This document shows positions 9,549 to 17,295 of a stretch of DNA of 32,000 bases, piece after piece. Position numbers and translations under genes: made by a program. Source of the stretch: an archaeon (GTDB lineage: Archaea; Iainarchaeota; Iainarchaeia; Iainarchaeales; JANQMZ01). Location of the stretch: positions 540,001 to 572,000 of the forward strand of contig JANQMZ010000007.1 in the NCBI GenBank assembly GCA_028279805.1. Reading direction: 5' to 3'. Below the pieces are notes generated by a model that was not told where the DNA came from, did not search any database, and worked only from the letters and a program-made list of their open reading frames with translations. Within the stretch, counting starts at the first letter, position 1. Every line of letters starts with the position of its first letter.

Positions 9549-9680
9549 ATGAATAAAAAAAATTCAAAAGTGGCAGAAGCTGATACGAGCGTTCAAAGGG
9601 CTTTAAAGCTGGCTAACCAGCTGAAAACAGGCGGCCTTGCTCTTTCAGACGATACCTTGTTTCAGGGTTTCAAAAAATAA
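9549..9680 (+). CDS. small ORF, 43 aa, unknown
   Basis: Hand translation MNKKNSKVAEADTSVQRALKLANQLKTGGLALSDDTLFQGFKK*. Preceded by TTTAGGGGGAAACACTAA (purine-rich RBS) and an AT-rich promoter-like region. Below the supplied ORF-track cutoff. Confidence 0.5.
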   Translation: MNKKNSKVAEADTSVQRALKLANQLKTGGLALSDDTLFQGFKK

Positions 9681-9775
9681 TTATTGTTTTGCCTCATCAC
9701 CCTTTTCCCCCTAACACCCCTTTCAAAAACAACTTTGTTAAAATAGTTTAAAAGCATTTTAATTCAGATTTTTAA

Positions 9776-10279
9776 ATGAAAATTTTGATTACCGGTTCTC
9801 CGGGAGTAGGAAAAAGCAATATAGCCAAAGAGCTTGCAAAAAAGCTTAAAATGCCTGTTTTGAATGAAAAAGACTTTGCTTTAAAACAAGGCATAGGCGA
9901 ATGGGATCATGAAGAAAATGAACTGGTTGTACCCCTTGAAAAGCTTGAAAAAGGGCTAAAAAAACACATGAAAGGACAAAAAAATGCCATTTTAGAGGGG
10001 CATTTGTTGTGTGAAATTGGGCTTCCTGTGGATATTGTAATGGTTATAAGGGTTCATCCTGAGCTATTGGAAACAAGGCTTGAGCTGAAAAAGTATTCCC
10101 AGCAAAAAATTTATGATAACGTTTTTTGCGAGGGGATTGATTACTGCAAAAAACATGCTTTCAAAAATTATTCAGAGAAAAAAATTGTTGAAATTAAAAA
10201 CGAGAAAGGAATAAAAGAAGCCCTATCCAGAATATTAAAAGAATTAAGGGGGAGAAAACTAATTGAACAAAAAAATTAG
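9776..10279 (+). CDS. Fap7/hCINAP-like adenylate kinase
   Basis: MKILITGSPGVGKSNIAKELAKKL, ILEGHLLCEIGLPVDIVMVIRVHPELLETRLELKKYSQQKIYDNVFCEGIDYC. Confidence 0.88.
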   Translation: MKILITGSPGVGKSNIAKELAKKLKMPVLNEKDFALKQGIGEWDHEENELVVPLEKLEKGLKKHMKGQKNAILEGHLLCEIGLPVDIVMVIRVHPELLETRLELKKYSQQKIYDNVFCEGIDYCKKHAFKNYSEKKIVEIKNEKGIKEALSRILKELRGRKLIEQKN

Positions 10280-11540
10280 CTTTCTGTTAATACTGGTATT
10301 TTTATCAGCATTTGTTTTTGCACAAAATAATGAAACAAGCTTTGCCCAGAAAGGATACTCTGACTTTAGTGTGACCGGCGCTAATGAAACAAAATGCACT
10401 GATTTAAAATTTTTAGAACCGGTTAAAGGTTCAAATTTGTATCCCATTCTTTCAGTGGGAATAACATTCGGGCCGGCAACAAAAGGAGACTTAAACATAA
10501 CCACTTTTTTGAATGGTGAAACACTTGAAAGTTTGGATGTTGAAGATTTTTACTGCAACGGGGATTGCTGGAAAAGAATTTTTTTAGAAAAAGAAAAACT
10601 GTTGGAAGAAAATGATTTGAAAGTTTGCATTACAACAAGTGACAGCATTACCAATGTCACTTTTTTAAATAATTCAACAATTGGCTCATATGAAACCCCG
10701 GTTTTAAAACAGGAAAATTTGGAAAAATGTGTTACAAATTTAACGCCTTTAGTTGGAGAAAATGTTAATGCCTGCATGAGAATAACAAACACAGGTTCAA
10801 AGCCTGTTGAAATAGAATTAAGAAATGTGAGGCAGATTGTTGAAGATTTGGATAAACTGATTGACATTCAGTTAATCGGTGAGAGTCTTTTCAAAGGAAC
10901 AATTGAGGCAGGAGAAACAAAAGAAGCCTGGTATAAAGTAAGGCCCAAAAAACCTGTCAAAATTACTCTGCCTCCGGGCGTTTTATATTATGAAAACATT
11001 TTTGGCGAGCCCCAGGTTTTAAAATCAAATCATTTGACCCTGAATGTAAAAGAACCTGAAAAGCCTTTGGAACCATTTATTTTAATCGGAGAAATTGTTA
11101 ATGGAAAATTTGATTTTAAAGTTGCTGTGAAAAACAATACAAAAAATACTTTGTATAATGCTTTGTTTTCATTACAGCCGGATAATGCCTTGAATGTTGA
11201 AGGGGAAAAAATTGTAAGAATTAGTCAAATAGAATCCGGGGAAATAAGAGAGATTAATTTTTCAGGCGAAGCTCTAAACAACGGCTCATTTGATTTGGAT
11301 TGCAGTGTTAAATATCTGGATTATAATCTGGAAGACACAAAATGTAACACGATACAAGTTGTAGTTGAAGACAAGCAAAATTTTATTTTATACGGGGCTA
11401 TTGCACTGGCGATAACTGCAGTACTGGTATACTTATACATAAATTATTCTGCTGCGAGAATAAAACAAAAAGAACTGGAAAAAAAACAGCCAAGAGAAAG
11501 CAAATGGAAATTAAAACAAGAGGAAGAAAAATCAGAATAA
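10263..11540 (+). CDS. exported protein with Ig-like/CARDB-type repeats and C-terminal TM anchor
   Basis: TTG start, signal peptide KKISFLLILVFLSAFVFAQ; repeated beta-rich segments; C-terminal TM FILYGAIALAITAVLVYLYINY followed by a basic tail. Confidence 0.7.
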   Translation: MNKKISFLLILVFLSAFVFAQNNETSFAQKGYSDFSVTGANETKCTDLKFLEPVKGSNLYPILSVGITFGPATKGDLNITTFLNGETLESLDVEDFYCNGDCWKRIFLEKEKLLEENDLKVCITTSDSITNVTFLNNSTIGSYETPVLKQENLEKCVTNLTPLVGENVNACMRITNTGSKPVEIELRNVRQIVEDLDKLIDIQLIGESLFKGTIEAGETKEAWYKVRPKKPVKITLPPGVLYYENIFGEPQVLKSNHLTLNVKEPEKPLEPFILIGEIVNGKFDFKVAVKNNTKNTLYNALFSLQPDNALNVEGEKIVRISQIESGEIREINFSGEALNNGSFDLDCSVKYLDYNLEDTKCNTIQVVVEDKQNFILYGAIALAITAVLVYLYINYSAARIKQKELEKKQPRESKWKLKQEEEKSE

Positions 11541-11576
11541 TCAATTTGGATTTTATTTTCTTCCTTTAAAACAAGC

Positions 11577-11831
11577 TTAAACGTTTAACCAGTTTTTAAC
11601 ATTGTGAACTGCCTGAATTGTTGCCATTGCCGTTATAATGTTTGGTTCGTGAACGCTTGTAAATTCCTGCTTTTCGCTTAATCTTCTGGCTTCAAAATTT
11701 AAAATAACTTCAACAGGAACCCCGTGCTTTTGAAGTTTTACTGCCAAGTCTTCAGGAGTTTTTTCGTTAAAATCAATTCCGTAGTTTCTGACAATTTTTT
11801 TAACATGGTTAAAAGTTTTAATTTTGTTCAA
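11577..11831 (-). CDS. small hypothetical protein
   Basis: 84 aa ORF, helical, no family recognised. Confidence 0.5.
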   Translation of the reverse strand: MNKIKTFNHVKKIVRNYGIDFNEKTPEDLAVKLQKHGVPVEVILNFEARRLSEKQEFTSVHEPNIITAMATIQAVHNVKNWLNV

Positions 11832-12015
11832 ATCAAACTTTAATTTTTGCGATGTTCTGGCAAAATATTTTTTTGTGTCGTGTGTTGAAATAATACCACC
11901 TCATTCCCTGCAAGAGGGGCAAAAGTTTTGAAAAAACTCATTAATAAAGCTTTTGCCTATTTTCACTCCTTAACTCGTTCAAGTTTTTTAAATTTGAGGA
12001 AACACTAAACCTAAC

Positions 12016-12110
12016 AAATATAAAGAATTTTACATAGGTAGATTATAGGGTGGGAAACGAGTTTTTAGGCAACTAACTAACTCTCTTAGCTATTCTCACC
12101 CTACTTTTTC
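12016..12110 (+). ncRNA. candidate structured small RNA (function unknown)
   Basis: TATA-like AAATATAAAG (12016-12025). 11-bp outer stem TAGGGTGGGAA (12046-12056) / TTCTCACCCTA (12093-12103) with one G-U. Inner GAGTT/AACTC and TTAG-GCAA-CTAA (GNRA loop). Followed by CTTTTTC. Confidence 0.45.
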
Positions 12111-12159
12111 TGCAAAATTTGAATATTTTTTGGCTTGCTTTCGCCTTAGAAAAAAATTG

Positions 12160-12180
12160 AAGGAAAAAAGTTTTTTCCTT
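12160..12180 (-). terminator. probable terminator hairpin for the minus-strand small gene 12208-12363
   Basis: AAGGAAAAAA-G-TTTTTTCCTT inverted repeat; on the minus strand it is followed by TCAATTTTTTT. Confidence 0.5.
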
Positions 12181-12207
12181 TACTAAAAAATTATTTATGA
12201 ACTTTTT

Positions 12208-12363
12208 TTAGATTTCGTCAAATTTTAAAATCCGCCCCTTTTTCATATCTTCAAGAGATTTTTCAATTTGTTTGATTTCGTTTTTAGTCAAAGGATCATC
12301 TTCCTTTGAAATTCTAATGAATCTTTTGATAATTTCATCATGACTTTTACTCGAAATGTTCAT
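12208..12363 (-). CDS. 51 aa protein resembling RelB-type antitoxins in its C-terminal pattern
   Basis: Hand translation MNISSKSHDEIIKRFIRISKEDDPLTKNEIKQIEKSLEDMKKGRILKFDEI*. The KSLEDMKKGRILKFDEI pattern resembles small antitoxin C-termini. Confidence 0.4.
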   Translation of the reverse strand: MNISSKSHDEIIKRFIRISKEDDPLTKNEIKQIEKSLEDMKKGRILKFDEI

Positions 12364-12415
12364 TTAATCATCTTTTAATTAACATTTAAATTCTAATAGA
12401 CTAACGATTGTATAA

Positions 12416-12431
12416 GCTTGTTTAAACAAGC
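12416..12431. promoter_or_regulatory. perfect 16-bp palindrome, operator or terminator stem
   Basis: GCTTGTTTAAACAAGC, 7 nt past the stop of the 12438-12710 minus gene and about 50 nt upstream of the antitoxin-like start. Confidence 0.45.
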
Positions 12432-12437
12432 AATTTA

Positions 12438-12710
12438 TTAACCTTCATCCGCCCCACAACTTTGTTTTAATGCGTCTCTTGATTTGATGCATTCGTTCAG
12501 GTTTGAATTTAATAATTGATTTTCTGATTCTAATTCTGAAATTGTTTGAGGGTTTGAATCCAATAGGGGTTGAACGAATTGTGCCTGCAGTATCATTCCT
12601 AAAGCTATTCCTATTATGAAAATAATAAGTAAAGACAATCCGGTCCAGGAAGTTTTTCTTTTGCTGTGTCCGGTGTCAATTTCCTCTTCTTCTTTTGGCC
12701 ACATGTGCAA
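12438..12710 (-). CDS. small single-pass membrane protein
   Basis: Basic/acidic N-terminus, TM SLLIIFIIGIALGMILQAQF, short coiled coil, C-terminal CIKSRDALKQSC. Confidence 0.6.
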   Translation of the reverse strand: MHMWPKEEEEIDTGHSKRKTSWTGLSLLIIFIIGIALGMILQAQFVQPLLDSNPQTISELESENQLLNSNLNECIKSRDALKQSCGADEG

Positions 12711-12833
12711 GCATAAAGTTTTTTCTGAAATAAAAAGTTTTTGGATTCAAACAGGCAAAAAAACCAATCTTATACATAACAATTTTTCAGAGAAAAATAT
12801 ATAAATAGAAAAGACTTTTAGGTATAAGATAAC

Positions 12834-13097
12834 ATGTACAAGTACACTATTGCCAGGCAACTTGCCACTAAAAGGGTTATTACCAACAGAGGGGATGAAG
12901 TAGGCAAATTATCCGACATGGATATTGATGAAAAAACAGGGGACATTGAAAGTCTTATCATTGACATTGACAAGGGCTCAAAGTTAGCAAGCAAGCTGGG
13001 CCTGAGAGAAAGATCTGTCACCATTCCTTACTCTGCGGTTACAGCGGTAAGTGACGTTTTCATAATAGATGAAAGGGAACTGGCTCACAAGGATTAA
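12834..13097 (+). CDS. PRC-barrel domain protein
   Basis: ARQLATKRVITNRGDEVGKLSDMDIDEKTGDIESLIIDIDKG...ERSVTIPYSAVTAVSDVFIID. Confidence 0.88.
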   Translation: MYKYTIARQLATKRVITNRGDEVGKLSDMDIDEKTGDIESLIIDIDKGSKLASKLGLRERSVTIPYSAVTAVSDVFIIDERELAHKD

Positions 13098-13099
13098 AA

Positions 13100-14104
13100 T
13101 TAATCCGTTTCAATTGTGAGTTTTTTCTGCTTTAAATCTATTTTTTTCACATAATTTGTTTTATACATAATTTCTTTTTGGCTTTTTTTGCCAACATTCT
13201 GCTTCACAGTATTTATGTCCTGCTGTATTTTTGCATAATTTGAATAAATTGCCTGCGCTTTTTGCTCTAATTCTTTGCTTTTTTTTAACGAATTTTTTAA
13301 TGATTTTTTTTGCATTTCAAGAGTTCTTTTTAATGCTTCAATTTTTTTGTTTTCTTCAGGTTCTTGTTCTGACATGATAAGATTTTTTGCAAGAGTTTCA
13401 TCAATTTTTTCATTCAAAGATTTTGCGGGAATAACTGAATAAATTTTTTGTAAAAAATTTAAAATTTTTTTCAGCTGTAAATCGTTTAACTCTGAAGCTT
13501 TGATGTTTTTTTCTATTTTTGACTGTTTGAATGCTTTTTCACAATATTCCGGTGCTGTGTTAAATTCGGATATTAGTGTTCTTATTGAATCTTTTTTTGA
13601 TTTTTGAAATGCTTGTTTGAATTCTTTAAAATTTGTTTTTAAAATGTTTAAACCTCTTGCGGGCGGAAACCTGTATTTTTCTCCTTTTTTTAAAGAACGG
13701 TGTGCCCATGTTCTTGCATTAAATGCCCGTAAAATTTCTTTTTTTTTGTCTGTGAAAACAATGTTTCCTTTTCCAAAAAATTCTAAAAACAGAAAAAAGT
13801 TTTCAAATTCTATTACTGCAATTCTTTCAAGTTCATGTTGTTCAAATTTTTTAATTTTTTTGTTAAACAAGTGTTTTTTTAAAAAAGAAGAAAAGCCGGA
13901 GGGGTTTTGCCGGGCTTCCATTTTGTATGCTGTTATAAAAAAAGCATTAGGAGTTATTATGAGATTTTTTCCTCCTTTTTTTGTCTGAATTTTTATTTTA
14001 ATCCAGTTGTTTGGAAGTTTTTGAATTTTGTTTAAAAAAGAATTTTCAACCAAAGGCTTTAATTCCAGAATTAATTGTTTTATTTCCAGATTTGTCAGCT
14101 GCAT
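13100..14104 (-). CDS. NFACT family protein, N-terminal and coiled-coil part only (no NFACT-R domain)
   Basis: LTNLEIKQLILELKPLVENSFLNKIQKL, LEFFGKGNIVFTDKKKEILRAF, LKKGEKYRFPPARG, C-terminal coiled coil ending at VKKIDLKQKKLTIETD. Confidence 0.75.
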   Translation of the reverse strand: MQLTNLEIKQLILELKPLVENSFLNKIQKLPNNWIKIKIQTKKGGKNLIITPNAFFITAYKMEARQNPSGFSSFLKKHLFNKKIKKFEQHELERIAVIEFENFFLFLEFFGKGNIVFTDKKKEILRAFNARTWAHRSLKKGEKYRFPPARGLNILKTNFKEFKQAFQKSKKDSIRTLISEFNTAPEYCEKAFKQSKIEKNIKASELNDLQLKKILNFLQKIYSVIPAKSLNEKIDETLAKNLIMSEQEPEENKKIEALKRTLEMQKKSLKNSLKKSKELEQKAQAIYSNYAKIQQDINTVKQNVGKKSQKEIMYKTNYVKKIDLKQKKLTIETD

Positions 14105-14126
14105 AACTGTAAAAGAATCAAATTTG

Positions 14127-14570
14127 TTATATTTTTAGCGGTTCTTCTTTAACTGTTCTTAAAACAAGCCTTGTTTGTGTTCTGTCCACAAATTCAAATG
14201 TCTGAATTTTTTTGATCACATTGTCTAATTCTTTTCTTGATTTAAATCTTGCCAAAACAACTGCATCAAAGTGCCCTGCAGTATCATACAATGCAAAAAC
14301 ATTGGGAATTTTTGAAATTTTGGCTTCCATTTGGGGAATTCGCCCTCCTTTGAATCTGATGTCAATAACCGTTGTCAATTCATACCCCAGTTTTTCATAA
14401 TCCAGTTCGACTGAAAAATTTTTAATCAGGCCCTGTTTAAGCATTTTGTGAATTCTGTGAAAAACAGTGTTTGTTGAAATTTTTGATTTTTTGGCAAGCT
14501 GTTTGTAGGATAAGCGGGAATTCTGAATTAATCTGTTTAAAATTTCCGAATCAATTTTATCAATATTCAA
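14127..14570 (-). CDS. Lrp/AsnC family transcriptional regulator
   Basis: NIDKIDSEILNRLIQNSRLSYKQLAKKSKISTNTVFHRIHKMLKQGLIKNF plus RAM domain. Start chosen as the TTG after AGGTGTTTTTTTTG rather than the upstream GTG at 14579. Confidence 0.88.
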   Translation of the reverse strand: MNIDKIDSEILNRLIQNSRLSYKQLAKKSKISTNTVFHRIHKMLKQGLIKNFSVELDYEKLGYELTTVIDIRFKGGRIPQMEAKISKIPNVFALYDTAGHFDAVVLARFKSRKELDNVIKKIQTFEFVDRTQTRLVLRTVKEEPLKI

Positions 14571-14738
14571 AAAAAACACCTAAAATTTTTAATATTTTTA
14601 AAACAAATTTACTATTTTTTGTGATAAATTAATGTTTTAAACCTATTTTTTCAAATATTTTCCTAAAAATTTTTCAAAAATTTTATTAATATTGAATTCT
14701 TTTGTCTGTGAATTGATTTTTTTTAAAGGGGGAATTTT

Positions 14739-16070
14739 ATGGGAGTAAAGGAAATTTTATCAAAAGCAAAAAAAGACAAAATAAGAATAGTGGAACTGCA
14801 TTTCACTGACATTCATGGAATGATTAAAAGTGTTACAATTCCGGTTGAAAAGCTTAAAACAGCTCTGGAAAGAGGAGTGTGGTTTGACGGTTCAAGCATT
14901 GAAGGTTTTACAAGAATAGCTGAAAGTGACATGTACTTAAAGCCGGATATGGATACCTATGCGGTTGTTCCGTGGAAAACTGAAACCAAAACATGCAGAT
15001 TTATTTGTGATATTTATACGCCTGATGACAAGCCTTTCAAAGGAGATCCGAGGCATATTTTAAAACTGGCAATTGAAAAAGCAAAAAAAATGGGTTATGG
15101 TTATTTTGTCGGGCCCGAACTGGAATTTTTTTTGTTCCAGTCAAACGGAGATAAAACAAAACCGGCTTTGCATGATTCAGGAGCATATTTTGATTATTCT
15201 CCGAGGGATCTGGCTACAGAAATAAGAAACCAGATTGTTTTTGCATTAAAAGAATTTGGTTTGGATGTTGAAATGCTGCATCATGAAGTTGCCCCGGGGC
15301 AGCATGAAATTGATTTCAGGTACGGTGACGCTTTAAAAACAGCTGACAATGCCATTACTTTGAAATATGTTGTGAAAAGCATTGCACATGCAAACGGTTT
15401 GCATGCAACTTTTATGGCCAAACCGGTTTTTGGCGAAAACGGTTCCGGAATGCATGTTCATCAAAGCTTGTTTGACTTGAAAAAGAAAAAAAATGCTTTT
15501 TATGATCCGAAGGATTCGTATTTTTTGTCAAAGATTGCCAAAAGTTTTATTGCAGGGCAACTGAAACATATTAAGGCAATGACTGCGGTTATTGCTCCCA
15601 CGGTCAATTCTTATAAAAGGCTTGTGCCGGGATATGAGGCTCCTGTTTATATTTGCTGGGCTACAAAAAACAGGTCAGCTTTAATCCGGGTTCCCAGATT
15701 TTTCAAAGGACAGGGAGCTTCAGCAAGATGTGAATTAAGATGTGGCGACCCCTCCTCAAATCCTTATCTTGCTTTTGCGGTAATGCTGGAATCAGGGCTG
15801 GATGGAATGAAAAACAAAATGGTTCCTCCAAAGCCGACAGAGGAAGATGTTTACGAGTTTTCGGAAAAAGAATTGACTCATAAAAAAATTGACACATTGC
15901 CAAAATCTTTGGGAGGGGCAATACATGAGCTTAAAAGGGATAAAGTGGTTTTGGATGCATTGGGGGAACATGCAGGCCCTTTGTATGTCAGGGCAAAAAA
16001 GAAAGAATTTTTGGATTACAGCATGCAGGTAACAGAATGGGAAAAAGAAAAATATTTTGAAAGTGTTTAA
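14739..16070 (+). CDS. glnA: type I glutamine synthetase
   Basis: VWFDGSSIEGFTRIAESDMYLKPD, MHVHQSL, NSYKRLVPGYEAPVYICWATKNRSALIRVP; SD AAAGGGGGAATTTTATG. Confidence 0.97.
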   Translation: MGVKEILSKAKKDKIRIVELHFTDIHGMIKSVTIPVEKLKTALERGVWFDGSSIEGFTRIAESDMYLKPDMDTYAVVPWKTETKTCRFICDIYTPDDKPFKGDPRHILKLAIEKAKKMGYGYFVGPELEFFLFQSNGDKTKPALHDSGAYFDYSPRDLATEIRNQIVFALKEFGLDVEMLHHEVAPGQHEIDFRYGDALKTADNAITLKYVVKSIAHANGLHATFMAKPVFGENGSGMHVHQSLFDLKKKKNAFYDPKDSYFLSKIAKSFIAGQLKHIKAMTAVIAPTVNSYKRLVPGYEAPVYICWATKNRSALIRVPRFFKGQGASARCELRCGDPSSNPYLAFAVMLESGLDGMKNKMVPPKPTEEDVYEFSEKELTHKKIDTLPKSLGGAIHELKRDKVVLDALGEHAGPLYVRAKKKEFLDYSMQVTEWEKEKYFESV

Positions 16071-17266
16071 TGTTTTTCCAGTGCTTCGAGTGCGGGCAAA
16101 CTTTCTCCTGCAAGGTATCTCAGTAATGCTTTTCCGGCAAGGCTTATGTGTGAAAATTCTTCCCTTTTAAAGCCAAGGCGTATTGATGCTGTAATTGTGT
16201 CCCCTCCACCTACAAAAGAAAAAGCTTCAGAATTTTTAATATTGAAAAGCATTTCTTTTGTTCCCCATGAAAACTGGTAATTTTCAAAACGCCCAAAAGG
16301 CCCGTTAAAAATAATTAATTCACAGTTTTTCAGAAGCAAAGAATATTCTTTTATCGTTTTTTCTCCGACATCAAAAATCATTTCTTTTACAGGCAATTCT
16401 GATAAAGGAATTTCTTTTCTTTCACCAATTGAAGAAATTGCAACATCGGCTGGGATGAAAATTTTTTTTTCAAATTTTTTTAAAATTTTTTTTAATTCAG
16501 GAATGTTTTTTGTATGATTTTTTTCTTTTAAATAAACCTCTTTTTCTCCAAGGGAAACTCCGCGGGCAATTAAGGCTAATTCTCCGATGATTCCTCCAAG
16601 TAAAACTTTTGAAACCTTGTTTTGGTTTAACATTTTTTGCATTATATGCATTGAATCTTTTGGTTTTCCCCCGCCTAAAATTAACGCGGTTTTGTCTTTT
16701 ACTTTTTCAAGATTTTCCAGTGCTTTTAATTCGTTTTCCAGCACGGGACCAACAAAGCTTGGCAGTAAAGGAATAAAGCCCACAACTGTTGCATGGCTTC
16801 TGTGTGCAACGCTTAAAGCATCCAAAACAAAAAAATCAGCATTGGAAGCAATTGATTTGATTGTTTTATTTTCAGAATGTTCTTCCGGTGAAAGTTTTTC
16901 AGTTTCAGAATCCAAAAAACGTGTATTATCAAGTAAAAGTATTTCTCCTTTTTTTAATTTTTTTATTTCCTGTGAATAATTCTGATTCCATTTTGAAAAG
17001 TTTATTTTTATTTTTAAAAGTTTTTTTAAAGCTTTTAAATGCTCCTGCAAATCAATAAAATCTTTTTTTCCTTTTCTTCCCTGATGGCTTAAAACAACAA
17101 GTTTTGCTCCTTTGTCTGACAAATGCTTGATTGTTTTGGTGTGTGCAATGATTTTAGGGCTTATTAAAAGTTTTCCGGCCTGAACAGATGAATTAATGTC
17201 AACTCGTAAAACAATGGTTTTATCCTTAACATTTGTGCTTGTAATGGTTTCAAATTTTTCAAGCAA
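16067..17266 (-). CDS. pgk: phosphoglycerate kinase
   Basis: VLRVDINSSV, VVLSHQGRKGKKDFIDLQEHLK, LLDNTRF, DALSVAHRSHATVVGF, IFNGPFGRFE, SFVGGGDT. TTG start (17266) after AGGTG-T8 preferred over GTG 17275. Tail overlaps glnA stop by 4 nt. Confidence 0.93.
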   Translation of the reverse strand: MLEKFETITSTNVKDKTIVLRVDINSSVQAGKLLISPKIIAHTKTIKHLSDKGAKLVVLSHQGRKGKKDFIDLQEHLKALKKLLKIKINFSKWNQNYSQEIKKLKKGEILLLDNTRFLDSETEKLSPEEHSENKTIKSIASNADFFVLDALSVAHRSHATVVGFIPLLPSFVGPVLENELKALENLEKVKDKTALILGGGKPKDSMHIMQKMLNQNKVSKVLLGGIIGELALIARGVSLGEKEVYLKEKNHTKNIPELKKILKKFEKKIFIPADVAISSIGERKEIPLSELPVKEMIFDVGEKTIKEYSLLLKNCELIIFNGPFGRFENYQFSWGTKEMLFNIKNSEAFSFVGGGDTITASIRLGFKREEFSHISLAGKALLRYLAGESLPALEALEKH

Positions 17267-17295
17267 AAAAAACACCTTTTAAACAATTAAAAACA

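Noticed and set aside
12041-12104. tRNA-like element
   Set aside because: No T-arm GGTTCRA, no plausible anticodon arm or acceptor geometry; better described as a nested hairpin.
13155-13170. TATACATAA at the end of the NFACT gene as a promoter
   Set aside because: Lies within the coding frame (…IMYKTNYVKK…); no downstream gene on either strand would use it.
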